NCBI GenBank assembly: GCA_021613535.1
Contig: CP075495.1
Location: 3,410,001 to 3,474,000 of the forward strand
DNA: 64,000 nt
From: Adineta vaga
Lineage: Eukaryota; Animalia; Rotifera
Direction of reading: 5' to 3'
The position numbers were made by a program, and so were the translations under genes. This document shows, in pieces, positions 1-12,428 of this stretch; positions within the stretch are counted from its first letter, which is position 1; the number at the start of each line of letters is the position of its first letter. The notes under the pieces are model-generated. The model saw nothing but the letters and a program-made list of their open reading frames with translations. It ran no database searches and had not been told where the DNA came from.

Positions 1-616
1 TGTAAATTAAAGAATAAATTAAGCTATGAAAAACCAATGTATTATTAATTCAGTAGTACTTGTCACTGAAACATAATTTTCTTCTCGAAGAAGAAAAAGA
101 GATTTATCATTTTTGACAATTCACAAGATACATAATCATGATGAATCTAAAATCTTTCAACAGAAATTAAGCAATATAAGATTTCATCAACAATACAGTC
201 GTCTACGTTCTACAATGCTTATTTCATACTGTCATCAAAGATATACATCTTTCTTTATGGAAGCAGAAGGACAAATTATAAACAAGTACAATAGAATGTT
301 ATAGTCGTTCAAAGAAATATCCTGATGAGAGAATGTACTTTATCTCTGGAATTTGCATTAAAATTGAAATATATATTGATTATATCTTAATGACATATTA
401 TGACCTGTTTTACAGTTTATTATCTAGAACTAGAGAAGAAAAAGACGTCCGCCAAAATGAAATTTTCTTCTATCAACACTAAAGATAAAAAAAATAAAAG
501 TTCGCCAAAAATAAATTGTATTATAATAAAAGTGTCGAAAAACTATATTTAGTTATAGTTTTCCGTCTAATATAAGTAATACTGTCTGTATTTTAAAACA
601 AAATCTTTGTACAACG

Positions 617-1642
617 ATGTATTACTCATTGTTCTTAGTTTCATCATTTACAATTATCTCGATTTTGAGTTCACCAATAGATTATGATCAAATTAATAAA
701 CAATTAAATGCACTTTCCGAACAACTCGATCGAGTCGAATTACAACTTAACAATAGTGTCAATCAATTAATAACTAAATTGGACGAAAATAATCATAATA
801 TTACACATCTGATCAAATCTTTACATTCTTCAGCAAACAATAGTAAGTAATATTTTATTTTGAATGAATTATTTTGTATCGTTATAATCTTAACAGATAA
901 TCATCATGGATCATCTCGACAAGTCAATGCTCTTTTGATTATCGATGTTCAATATGATTTCATTAATGGAACTCTTGCTCTTCGAAATTGTCCATCAAAA
1001 CATAATGGTGAAGAAGTTATTCCAGTTATTAATCAACTTCTCGATACACTAAAATTTGATGTCGTCGTTTACAGTCTTGATTGGCATCCTACAGATCATA
1101 TATCTTTCTTTGATAATCTTCATCTTCGTTCACATTTATTAGCAAATGATTCTATACCTTTAGCTGATCTTCAGATGTATTCGACAGCTACATTTGCTAT
1201 CAATGATCTTCCTCGTATGGAACAAACACTTTGGCCTCGACATTGTGTTCAAAATACTTTTGGTGCTAAACTACATTCTGATTTGAAAATACTCAATGAA
1301 GATAATGATCAAAATATATCGATTATTCATATACAAAAAGGAACAAAACCAAGTATTGATTCTTATTCAGCTTTTTGGGATAATTCTAAATTGAGTGAAA
1401 CAAAATTAAATCAACAATTACAAGACAATCATGTTACACAAGTTTTTGTTACTGGTCTTGCAACAGATTGGTGTGTATATTCAACAGCTATACATGCAAT
1501 GGAAAACGGTTATAAGACATTTATTATCGAAGATGCAGCTCGTGGAGTTGATGAAAAGGCTATAAAAGAAAGACTTGAAGATTTTAAGCAAAAAAATGGT
1601 CATGTTATTCAATCAAATCAAGTGAAAGACTATATTCAATGA
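617..1642 (+). CDS. PNC1: Nicotinamidase (isochorismatase family) with N-terminal signal peptide and coiled coil; 2 exons (617-842, 897-1642)
   Basis: The GTAAGT...TAACAG intron 843-896 joins ORF 617 to ORF 860 in frame. Catalytic and metal motifs are intact: IIDVQYDF, LDWH, WPRHCVQ, QKG, SYSAF, GLATDWCV. The N-terminus MYYSLFLVSSFTIISILSS is hydrophobic. Confidence 0.92.
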
Positions 1643-3074
1643 CTACTATCATAAACTTATTCTTTTCTAAATATCAACGAACAACTTATTTTTAGTTCTC
1701 TTTTTTTGTTTGCTTTTATTGGTAGTATTCAAATCTTTCTTTGAGTATACAGATTATTTTTATAGTTTCCTTATTCTAGTTTCACTTGAATAAATTGAAG
1801 TAAAACTAAATATAATTGTTATTTTATAACTGTATTTACGTTTATTGTTGAATTCAATTGTCTAGAACGTTAATGAGATGATTAAATCCTACGGTCAAAG
1901 GACACAAACGTAAAACAATACATGTTTCTATTGGTAAGATGATGATTCATACAGAATAGCGTGATGCTTGGAATTAATGTTTATTTTCGATGTAAATAAT
2001 CGAAATCATTTTGATTGCTTTCAATTCCTCCATTAACAAAACACAATTATTAGTAACATTGTATTATAATCAATAATTAGACACGTCGATGTCAGCTTTT
2101 ACTTTCAACTAGATCATCGTATAGTAAACAACTGAATGATATTCAACACACGATCAGAGTTATAGAAACGCAAACAACAACAAACTGTTCTCAATTATCT
2201 CCACCATCTGTTCAATGTCCTCGACTAATTAAGCAGTCTGAACTGAATCCCTAGAATAGAGTAACTAACAATATTACTATAATCTTCTATTCGATCTCAT
2301 AATTATATTCCTCTCGATTATCTGATAAATAGATGGTTAATATCTTTATTCTAATAGTTTCGATGATATTTCTGTTCAAACTTGAAAGCAAATGTATCCG
2401 CTGGTGATAAAAAAAAGAAAGGTAGGCGAAGACGCGATCTATATGAATAAAGAAAGAAAAAGATAAATTAGACTAGCAATAGATAAACCTTTCGTCAAGT
2501 GATAACATGGACAAAGCAATTGCTTTTCTTTCGTTTTTTTCTTCCTCTCCTATTTCGACAGCTCGTTGATTAGATAGAATCTATCTTCTAGATTATATCA
2601 TCTGCCAAATGAAGACTAATTATGTGCTGAGAAGTCTTTTTCTTTCTTTTATTTGATTGTTAATGTTAAATTTGAATGCACTTCATCATACATACATACA
2701 TGTACAATTGAATAATAATATATATATTCAAGAAAATTAAATTTCTACCTTGAAATATGTCTTAATTGACAAGTATGTTTACAATCATATTTTATCTGTT
2801 TATTATCGAATTAATTTGATTGATATTTCAATAAAAATTTTGTGATTTCATTCTTATTTGTCTTCGTTCTCTGGAGACCTGTTACGAACAAATGAGAGAT
2901 AGACATAGAACAGTAGATTGCTGTCAGCACTCGTTCGATGACAACGATTGCTTTTTTCTTTTATTAGTTTGAGATAGTGCGAGTGTATCTAAGGAAAAAA
3001 CAGAAGAAAAGTCGAGAAGGAGGGAGAGAGAGAGAAAAAAAGAAGAAGAAAAGACATATTAGCTTCGATTTTCC

Positions 3075-3081
3075 TATAAAA
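3075..3081 (+). promoter_or_regulatory. Possible TATA box (TATAAAA) after a GA-rich tract
   Basis: cctataaaaagac lies downstream of a GA/purine run (about 3000-3055) and about 75 nt upstream of a 38-aa ORF. The evidence is weak in an AT-rich genome. Confidence 0.25.
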
Positions 3082-4761
3082 AGACTGTATCTATACAGTG
3101 AGATTTATTATTTTCTTCTTTCTTCAATCAGACATTGATTTTCCAAGCAATAATGATCTACGAACAATCATACCATAAGAATTTTACAATCAAAGATCGA
3201 ACATCAATATCATCAACATTCACTAATGTTTCAAGTAATGAAGAACGCATTCTTTTTTTCCAAGACTAAATAGAAAACAGTGTATTACTAACATATACAA
3301 TATATATTATATGTTTGATTATATTTATTTATTGGATAATGATACTACGGATAAACTGCAATCAATTATTATTCGAAGAAATTTGCTACTGATCATGGAA
3401 TATATTATTAATGCATTATAGGACAAAATAAGAACTTGTGAAATGATTTCTATGGATTAAATGTGAATATTTAGAGATCAGTAAGGTATGTAAAATATAA
3501 ACTTGTATCATTGATAATTGTAATGAAAACATAAGATTTTTACGCTCTTAAATTGAGAATATGTCGTCATCATATTATTCTTTTATTTCTTTTAGAATCA
3601 TTTTTGAACAACATATGTTCGTACCATGAAAATACGATAAAGATTTTAGCTCAATTTACAATTACATATATTCTTTTTCAATTGTATAATTAAATTTTCA
3701 AATCAACTATTGAAAACTATGTTGGATATGCAATATAATATAAATCATGCTGAAATAGATTGATCAGGTTGGTTTTTGATATCGTACATCTTTTTTCTAC
3801 AGCCTCTTGTGCATTGTTGTTGCATTGCATTCATGAATTTCGATTTATGCAATGGAAAGGACAGTGCAACAAGAAGATGGAGATCACCAACAGATATACA
3901 TAAGAATTCATATGATCTAATGGTCTTCAATTTGATTATACAATTGTTTCTTTTAGACATTTCAAATTCATCATTACGACTTGATTTTCTTGCAATACGA
4001 TTCGTTTCTAATCTTCTTTCATTATTACTATATGTAAAACGTTTGCATCTGATATTTTGTAATCTATGTCATAATAACTGTTGTTAATAAACTTAAATTG
4101 TAGTTTTGTTTTCATTTAATTGAACTAAACGAACTTATCTGACTTCTTTCTTCCAGGTTCTTCTATATGAAACTAATATTTCAGTTGAGCAATGATATTT
4201 ATTTTCTTAGAAAAAGAAAAACATTTAAACATACATCCAATTAAAACATAGAAATAATATTTACTAATATCAAATCTATACATATTGATTTTCTAGTCAT
4301 TGACATATCTTTTCTATGTAATTATTGACTGTATTACTAACATTATAAATCAGTGATTATTATATATATTTTAACATATGTTTAGAAAATCATCAAAAGG
4401 TTTCATTTGAGATAGGTAAAGTACATGAAATTATCCTTATCATTCATTGACTTTTGCTTTTGAATCATCAAAGTATTCTTTCTATTTTCTTCTTCTTATT
4501 CGATCATTACGCAGTTATTCAGTTTATTTTTCTTACACAAATCAAATTCCCACAGGAAAAAATCTTTAGTATATAATACAGGTGTTTATTATCAGTTTTC
4601 TTCCGTCGTCTTTCTACGTGAGAAATTAACCGTCTGTTTATCAATATAAAATCTATTAAACTTATTTCGCATAACATACACTAATCTATATACCAAAGGT
4701 AAAGTTCTCATATGACTAATGATTTAATTTTGAATCTTTTTCCGTAGAATTTCATGAAGTT

Positions 4762-6080
4762 ATGATGAGCATTATTACAATAATTAATTTGTATAATCAG
4801 TTTAGTCAAATTATTTCACAATTCATTCTTAGCTGATAGTTACTTAACTTATCAAACTGATTCCTTTTCACAATTCATCACTTCCCGATATTGGGAATAT
4901 TGTTCCAATAAATGGATCAAATATTTCAATTTCAAATAATAAACAACGAAAGATATTCTTTATTTGTGAACCACTTATTGCTGCTTTCATTATATTTCCA
5001 TTAATTATCATTTTTTGGGAATCCGGTTGGAATTTTTTAGTTGATTGGTTAGATACATCCGTAGGTCAACATCCAGCAATAGCTCCAATCTTATACGTTT
5101 CATCTCAATTCATATTACTTCTCGTTTATATTAGTCAAGATCGTCTCTATGAATTTTTAAAACAACAAAAAAATCGATTTATTCGTAGAATTCTCTTACA
5201 ATTTCATTGTTTTATTACTTCATCAAATTATATTATTCAATGGGTATCTATGTGGACATTATGGGATTATTATACATCAGATGATTGGCTTATCATGCTA
5301 TTGATTAGTATTGCAGCAGTTTTAACAATTATTGTACTAGTTGGACATCCGTGTGATCTTGTTTGTGCACCATTTGCTATTAGTTATGATTCAATTGAAT
5401 ACAATGTCCGAATTGGAACACCTTTTGCAATTGGACAAGTAATCAATACTTCGTTTTTAGAGATTAGCATAGAAATGATTGTTTATTTCATATTTCAGAT
5501 GAATCAATATGTTTCACATCTATTAAATTATATTTTTTATGAACATATTACATCATTATTATGTATATTAGCTTGGCGTGGTTCATATAAATTTCTTGAT
5601 ATTCATTTATATCCGCAAGATGAAAAAATATCAGCAATTTTGAGTCTTGTAAGTGGTTATCTATTATATTTTATTCTGATGTATACACAATCATTACAAA
5701 ATACAAATTTCTATTTAACACCATTCATTGATATGAATTATCCATCATTTTTACAAAATCTTCGTCATATTTGTGCATTCTTTTCATGTGTATTATTATG
5801 GAGAGGCTTTTGGATCTTCTTCGATGATCTGATTGTTACTATATCGTTTATAAATGAATATCGTTTTAAATTTTATATTATCGCAATGATTATTTCATTT
5901 CTTCTTTTAAGTTTAATGAAAACAGCCTCATCAATTAATGGACCAATGTCACATATTGATGATGAAAATCAACTATTTCCAATCTATCCAAATTGTTTTC
6001 TTACAAAATGGTTTGAAAAAAAGAAATCAGCCAAAGAAATGAAATCGAATCATCATTTATTTACAATAACGATTTTTTAA
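4762..6080 (+). CDS. Fuseless-like multipass membrane protein; 5' end uncertain, possibly frameshifted near 4935
   Basis: The frame is open from about 4848 to 6080 with repeated helix-end motifs IIIFWESGWNFL, QWVSMWTLWD, AWRGSYKFLD and LLWRGFWIFFD, typical of the Fuseless family. There is a probable 60-nt in-frame intron at 5439-5498. Confidence 0.65.
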
Positions 6081-6886
6081 TAAAAAAAAATAAATTTCAA
6101 CTGATTTATTATAATCAGTTACTAAATGCAACGCCACTTTTTCAATATTAATCATTAGTTGTAAATGTATTAAAAGTATTGTATCATAAGCAAATCTTTT
6201 ATATAAGAAAATCTACCTTATTGATATCTGTTCTTTGAAGAGGAAGAGTTTCAACGTATGATATACATATATGACGATGGCAAAAGAAGCGAACGGAAAG
6301 ACTATTTGTTTATGCTTGGTACATTTATCATTAGAAACACTGTCTGATAACATATTTCTTTTATATTGTCCAGGATTTGATTTTCATCATTTTTTCAACT
6401 ATTTATCAATGGTATGATGAATATCTGATTTATAACGTTCAACTAAATTAAGAAATCCTTGTTTCGATAAAGTTGAATAATCTCCAATTGATTCATCTGT
6501 TTGTACTTCTCTTTTCACTATAACCATAAATGTTTAAACAATTCTGATTCGATTGCAATTGATTAAAAGTTGAATTTAATATACTCGCTAATCTTGTGTA
6601 ACATTTAATTGACTTTTTATCAGTAATTGTTCAGTGTTAAATCCATGAATGAATGAATAATGAAGTGTAAAACTATAACTAAACCGTCTTTCTGACATCT
6701 ATATTACATTATATTGAAAACTAACGCCATCTATTCATTTTTTTCATAGAGGCTAAGCGCATTCGATGTAATATGGCGATTCATTGAACGTAGTGCCGAT
6801 GGAATGTTCCTTCTCTCGTTCGACCGAGACATCATATTATATTGCATTTTTTTAGAGTTATCATCTCATTTGAGTATTCTTGTGAG

Positions 6887-9800
6887 ATGTTACGTCCTCG
6901 TCGTAGTGTTCGTAATGGTCCAATTGAGAAGAAACCAAGTGTTTCTTCGCCAGTATCAAATCCCATTCCATCTCCATCATCACCGCCTGAAAGTTCGAAT
7001 CAAGAAGAACCTGAACAACCACTTCGTTTACTTGAACCACGAGAATGTGTTGGACGTTCCATCCAAATTGGTTTAAATGAAGAAATTGAATTAATTTTTA
7101 AAAATCTTCCAACATCAGATAGACTTTCACCTATTCCACCCGAATTGAAAACACAAAAAACAGAAATTATATGCACTGAAATCAATTCATCCGATGATCC
7201 ACCCAAATTTCAACGTACAGAAACATTTATAAGATATATTGAACCAACACAAAATGAATTAGATGATATGATTGAATATGAAATGGATGAAATGGATTTA
7301 ACTTGGTTGAAACAAGTCAATCAAGAACGTGGAAAACGAAATTTACGTCCCGTGATTGAAGAAGAATTCGAATTATTAATTGATCGATTAGAAAAAGAAT
7401 CCCATTTTCAAGCACTTGTTAATGGAGATGATCTAGGACAATCAATTGATGAAGATGCTCTATGTGTTATATGTTTAGATGGAGAATGTTCAAATTGTAA
7501 TGCCATTCTATTTTGTGATATGTGTAATATGGCAGTTCATCAAGAATGTTATGGAGTACCTTACGTACCAGAAGGTAATATAGTGCTATAGACAAATATC
7601 TATTCATGTTATTATTCTCAAGATATATAACAGTCCTCAGTATTTCATTACTCAGTCAATATTAGTTGTTGCTGTATGACATATCGTCTTATACATATCT
7701 GATTTCGATAATATGCTATAATTTTGTTTGCTTGCAGAATACAATTTTGTTCTTCTTTTTAGGTCAATGGTTATGTCGTCGTTGTTTTCTTTCACCCTCG
7801 AAATCAGTTCAATGTGTGCTATGTCCAAATCGTTTCGGTGCTTTCAAACAAGTCGATGATGGTGAACGTTGGGCACATGTTGTTTGTGCTATATGGATAC
7901 CAGAAGTACATTTTGCAAATACTGTTTTTCTCGAACCAATATGTAATATAAATCAAATTCCAACTGCTCGTTGGCGATTTACATGTTATATATGTAAACA
8001 AAAGAACGTTGGTGCATGTATACAATGTGCCATTCGATCATGTTGTACATCATTTCATGTAACATGTGCTCAACAAGCTGGTCTATATATGGAAATCGAT
8101 GAAAATGATGAAAATGAATCGGTTGTTAATGATGACGTGTCGAACAGTGCAACAGCAAATAAATATAAAAAACAACCACCAAAAGGATCAACACGTTCAC
8201 CACCACCCATTCGACGAAGAGCTTATTGTCATCATCATACTCCATTGGAAGTTGTTCGATCGAAAACAAAAGGACGAACAAAAAGAGGTACGAATCGTGA
8301 TGAATTATTGATTTTTATGTATTGTTATTATCTAGATGAAAATGAAGAAGAAGCATTAGAACGTATTCAAAAAGAACGAATGAAAACTGCTCGAAAGATT
8401 CTAGCTGAACGACGTAAATGTGATCGATCCGTATCCGTACCTGTAGTACCAAAAGAAAAGTAAGTAGAAATAAACATTCACATATCATTTATGAATATAT
8501 TCAATTTGTTCTTAGAATGGAAAGTGTATTAAATAAAGTCACTTTTTCGGATCGTGATAATTTCTTCAAACGTATTCAAGCTTATTGGACATTGAAACGT
8601 ATGTCAAGAAGTGGTGTACCATTATTAAAACGTCTTCAAAATCAACGTTCAACAAAGAAAAAAGTAAAATTAATCATATTTTTCTTTTTCACTCGTAAAT
8701 AAAATACGAACTCTTTATAGTCCAATCATGGTCATGAATATACTGATAAACAATTATCTCAACAAATGATTCAATGGCGTCGACTTCGACAAGATTTAGA
8801 ACGAACGAGACTTCTTGTTGAATTAATTCGTAAACGTGAAAAATTAAAACGTGATTTAGTAAGATTCTTCGGACATTTTCTTCGAAGCTTACATTATTTG
8901 ATAATATTTCTAGATTAAAATCGATCAACAAGTACTCAATTATCAAATACGTCCATTGAATGTTTTTCTTCATCATTTACTTGAACAATTAGAACATCTG
9001 GATAATTATCATTATTTTGCTAATCCAGTTGATGAAACAGAAGTAAGAAAATATTCGTATTGCAAAGCTTCTCAAATATTCCTACATATTTCTAGGTTCC
9101 AACTTATTATAAATTTATCACTCATCCAATGGATTTTTTGACTATGAAGAAAAAAATTGATCGAGATGAATATTCTAATTTAGATCATTTTGAAAATGAT
9201 TTTGGTTTAATTATTAAAAATTGTCATTTTTTTAATGAAGCTAAATGTAAGAAAATACAAAATGATTACGAAATACATTGATCATTCATTTTTTGTTCGA
9301 TATTTTAGCGCCATTTTATAAAGCAGCAACAAAACTACGTGATAGAGTAAGATTCAGAAAGAAACGATTTGAAATCATCCTTGTTATTTGCATAGGGTTT
9401 GAATTTATTAAAACAAGCTCGACGAGTTTATGAAACAACAGACTATGATTCAAAAACTGGACTACTGAAAGAACAATCAACTCTCGAAGGTAAGATAAAA
9501 CAAATAATTGAACTTAAACTTATCAATGTGAATCTTTTAGAACTTGATAATACGTTTGAAGATCGTCTAGAAGTGTTACTTGAACGATTGAAAGAATATC
9601 AAGCAATTGGTAATGAATTGATGATAGATTTTCTTTTCTCTCTTAATTGATTGAAATATCTTTGTAGAGCCTCGATCAAAACATGTGGTGAATTTGAAAA
9701 AACAAATTGCTCAAGTTCGTCGAACAATAACAAAAAATCTCTCGAATTCTTCTCTAAATAATACAACAACGAATAACGATGAATCAATGCAATTACGAAC

Positions 9801-10083
9801 AACGAATGATGAATCAAGTATGTTTAAATGAAATTTTTCATCAGTAGAAATGATTTGTTCTATTTTTGTCTACTAGTGGAAACATTTTTATCATTATCAC
9901 CAAATGTGTCATCATTAAATGTGACAAAGAATCAATCCGAACTAGTTGATATACCATTAACATCTCAAATGTAAGAATTGAAATAATATTTTCAAATGAA
10001 TTTGATTATTTCGAATTTTCTTTAGTGAAAAATCGAAGACAACAGAATCAAAAACTGAATCAGATGATAGCAGTACTGAATAG
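6887..10083 (+). CDS. BRPF: BRPF/peregrin-like scaffold of MOZ/HBO1 HAT complexes (EPC-N, PHD, zinc knuckle-PHD2, bromodomain); multi-exon
   Basis: [13 protein letters not shown]...[12 protein letters not shown]; [38 protein letters not shown]|QWLCRRC; [13 protein letters not shown]; [10 protein letters not shown]; [18 protein letters not shown]; bromodomain [23 protein letters not shown]...NCHFFN. Stop TAG at 10081-10083. Confidence 0.92.
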
Positions 10084-10366
10084 TTTATTCGAACAAAACT
10101 TCTATCAATTTCATGATTTAGTTTTTCTCAATCATTTATTCTGATAAACTTTCTCTTTTTTCTTTCTTTCTTTCTTCTTCTTCTTGTTGCGCGCAACAAT
10201 GTTTCTAATATATACTTTTGTGTATTAATATTAATGTTATTTTGATGTTATAATGGACGCCTTTTCTTTTCTTTGTTTTTTGTATATATTGTAGAGTGTT
10301 CGTATAGGATGATTTCTTCTTTCTTTGGCGCGCATTTATTGATTCTAATCATATCTTTAGATAAAA

Positions 10367-11374
10367 ATGTCATGTTTTAAATGTGGTCATCTAGGTCATT
10401 TTGCTCGAGAATGCATGAATATTATTGTTACTAATTCGACAAATTTTTATTCATCTTGTGATATGAATCGAACTAATGACATATCAGATAATTTCGTACC
10501 ATTTGGTTATAATAGTACGCTACGTGATAGTACACAACGTTGTTATCGTTGTAATGCAATTGGCCATATTGCACGTGAATGTTCTTCAAATAATGATATT
10601 CGTATGTTTATTATATTAGACATAGAATCCATCGTTTAGGTACAAAATGCATACATATAGGTACGTGTTATAATTGTGGACAAAATGGACATATTCGTAC
10701 AGACTGTATTGCACCTTTAAATATGAATAGTACTTTAGAAATGAGTACGCAATGTTATCGTTGTGATCAGTTTGGACATTTGTAAGCTTTAGGTTTCTGT
10801 TTTTTTCTCGACGAGTGAAAGATTATGACATTCTATTAGAGCAAGAGATTGTTCTGTATCAATCGAAAATAATAGTTTACCAACATCTGGTATTTCTAGC
10901 AGTTTCCATAATGATCGAGGTTAGTTATTTTATCAAATTCAGGATGAAAATGATCTATTCTTAAAAATTTCATTAGTTTGTTTTAAATGTTCACGAACTG
11001 GTCATATTGCATCATGTTCAGACAATAATCGAATAGATATACGTGATATGATCTGTTATTGGTAGGAAAATATATACTTTTTCGTGAAATTTAAATTTAC
11101 TGTTCTTAATTCCTACATATTTCAGCTGTAATCGTACAGGTCATTTATCTCGCAAGTAAGATTCAATTTTTTTACAAAAATTCCCACATTTCTTAAATTT
11201 TCGAATTCTTCTAGTTGTCCAGATTCCAATATGAAATATTATTCATGTGGTTCTATGGATCATATGGCACGTAACTGTACCGAGAATGGTATCTTTTCTT
11301 CAGTGTCATTTCAACCGCGTTCATCGATTATTCTATTCCAATCAAATTTGATACAGACATCATTAATGAATTAA
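10367..11374 (+). CDS. CNBP: CNBP/Gis2-like CCHC zinc-knuckle nucleic-acid-binding protein (7 knuckles, two degenerate); multi-exon
   Basis: Spliced knuckles CFKCGHLGHFAREC, CYRCNAIGHIAREC, CYNCGQNGHIRTDC, CYRCDQFGHLARDC, CFKCSRTGHIAS-C, CYCCNRTGHLSRNC, YYSCGSMDHMARNC. The 3' end is approximate. Confidence 0.8.
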
Positions 11375-11512
11375 AACGAAAAGAATGTGTTTTATTTTTC
11401 TGTTTTGTTTTTATTGGTTAACTATTGTTATTCGATATTTAAATGAATTGAAAATATCGAAGAAATTCAATAAAAAAATATTAATTGGATTTCTCGTCTA
11501 TTTGAATAGATC

Positions 11513-12295
11513 ATGAATGAATTTTGTACTATTACACGTTACTATGGTAATCATGAAGAAGATCTCATCAAACTTTGGTATTTTATTGATCAAGCAAAAA
11601 CGTATTCGAATCGAATTCTTATTGGTGTGAATATTGAAAAAGATCGAACTGATTGTATTAGAAAATATTCTCAACAACAATCTTATCCTTCTCATATTCC
11701 AATAGAATTTATTCCAATTAAACCATGGAATGGCATATCAACATCCTTAAATATTCTTCTAAATCATATACCAATCCAACAATCATATGTTCTAATTCAA
11801 TCCATTGAAATTCAATGTACATCACAATATATTGCTCGTCTACGATCATATCTCAAGGACAATAATATACTTTGTGTTGGTGCTGTATTGGATGGTCATC
11901 AGATATTTAGTAGAGAAATCCATACGAAATATCTTCCTCTTTGTGGTGATACAAGTCCATGGAACACATTAGCAATTTGGAATTTAGAAAAATTACGTCG
12001 AACAGGTTTTCCATTATGTGCTGATCTTGTAAATCCATCAGGTATGGAAGATGCTGTTACTATTGCTTTACAACAGAAATTATTTGGTGGAATGAAAAAA
12101 AATCGTGCGTTACTAATTCATTTTAATGAGAATGTTCCCTGGTCTGTTCAATTTGAATATGATCAAAAGCGATATTTAAAACATCAAATGAAAATGAGCT
12201 CAAAAAATAGTCGAACTGAAGAATTATTACAAATTTTAGAAATATCGAATAATGATCAAGTAGGTACCGAATATATTAATGACCAAGTATGTTAG
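11513..12295 (+). CDS. Intronless 260-aa protein, probable GT-A-like (glycosyltransferase-like) alpha/beta fold, function unknown
   Basis: Long clean ORF with alternating beta/alpha pattern (RILIGVN, IEFIPI, YVLIQSIE, ILCVGAVL) and enzyme-like motifs SPWNTLAIWN..KL...GFP and GMED. Confidence 0.6.
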   Translation: MNEFCTITRYYGNHEEDLIKLWYFIDQAKTYSNRILIGVNIEKDRTDCIRKYSQQQSYPSHIPIEFIPIKPWNGISTSLNILLNHIPIQQSYVLIQSIEIQCTSQYIARLRSYLKDNNILCVGAVLDGHQIFSREIHTKYLPLCGDTSPWNTLAIWNLEKLRRTGFPLCADLVNPSGMEDAVTIALQQKLFGGMKKNRALLIHFNENVPWSVQFEYDQKRYLKHQMKMSSKNSRTEELLQILEISNNDQVGTEYINDQVC

Positions 12296-12428
12296 TAAGT
12301 TGAAAAATTTCGAGAATAAATCTTTTTTTTTATGAATTTTTAATCGATAAATACATGAATAACATATAATACTAAGCAAATTGTTTTCTGTATTAATACA
12401 ATTTTATGAAAAACATACGAGAAAATTT

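Noticed and set aside
860-896. TTG/GTG-started ORF extensions in the track (e.g. 860, 6842, 32970, 35580, 49450)
   Set aside because: This is a eukaryotic locus. These extensions run into introns or UTRs, so starts were reassigned to ATG codons or spliced exons.
2081-2253. Possible orphan terminal exon (TRRCQLLLSTRSSYSKQ...SELNP*)
   Set aside because: No upstream exon or family could be supported.
10367-11374. CCHC knuckles as a retroelement gag
   Set aside because: The gene is intron-split with seven knuckles and has no protease, RT, integrase or LTRs. It fits the cellular CNBP family.
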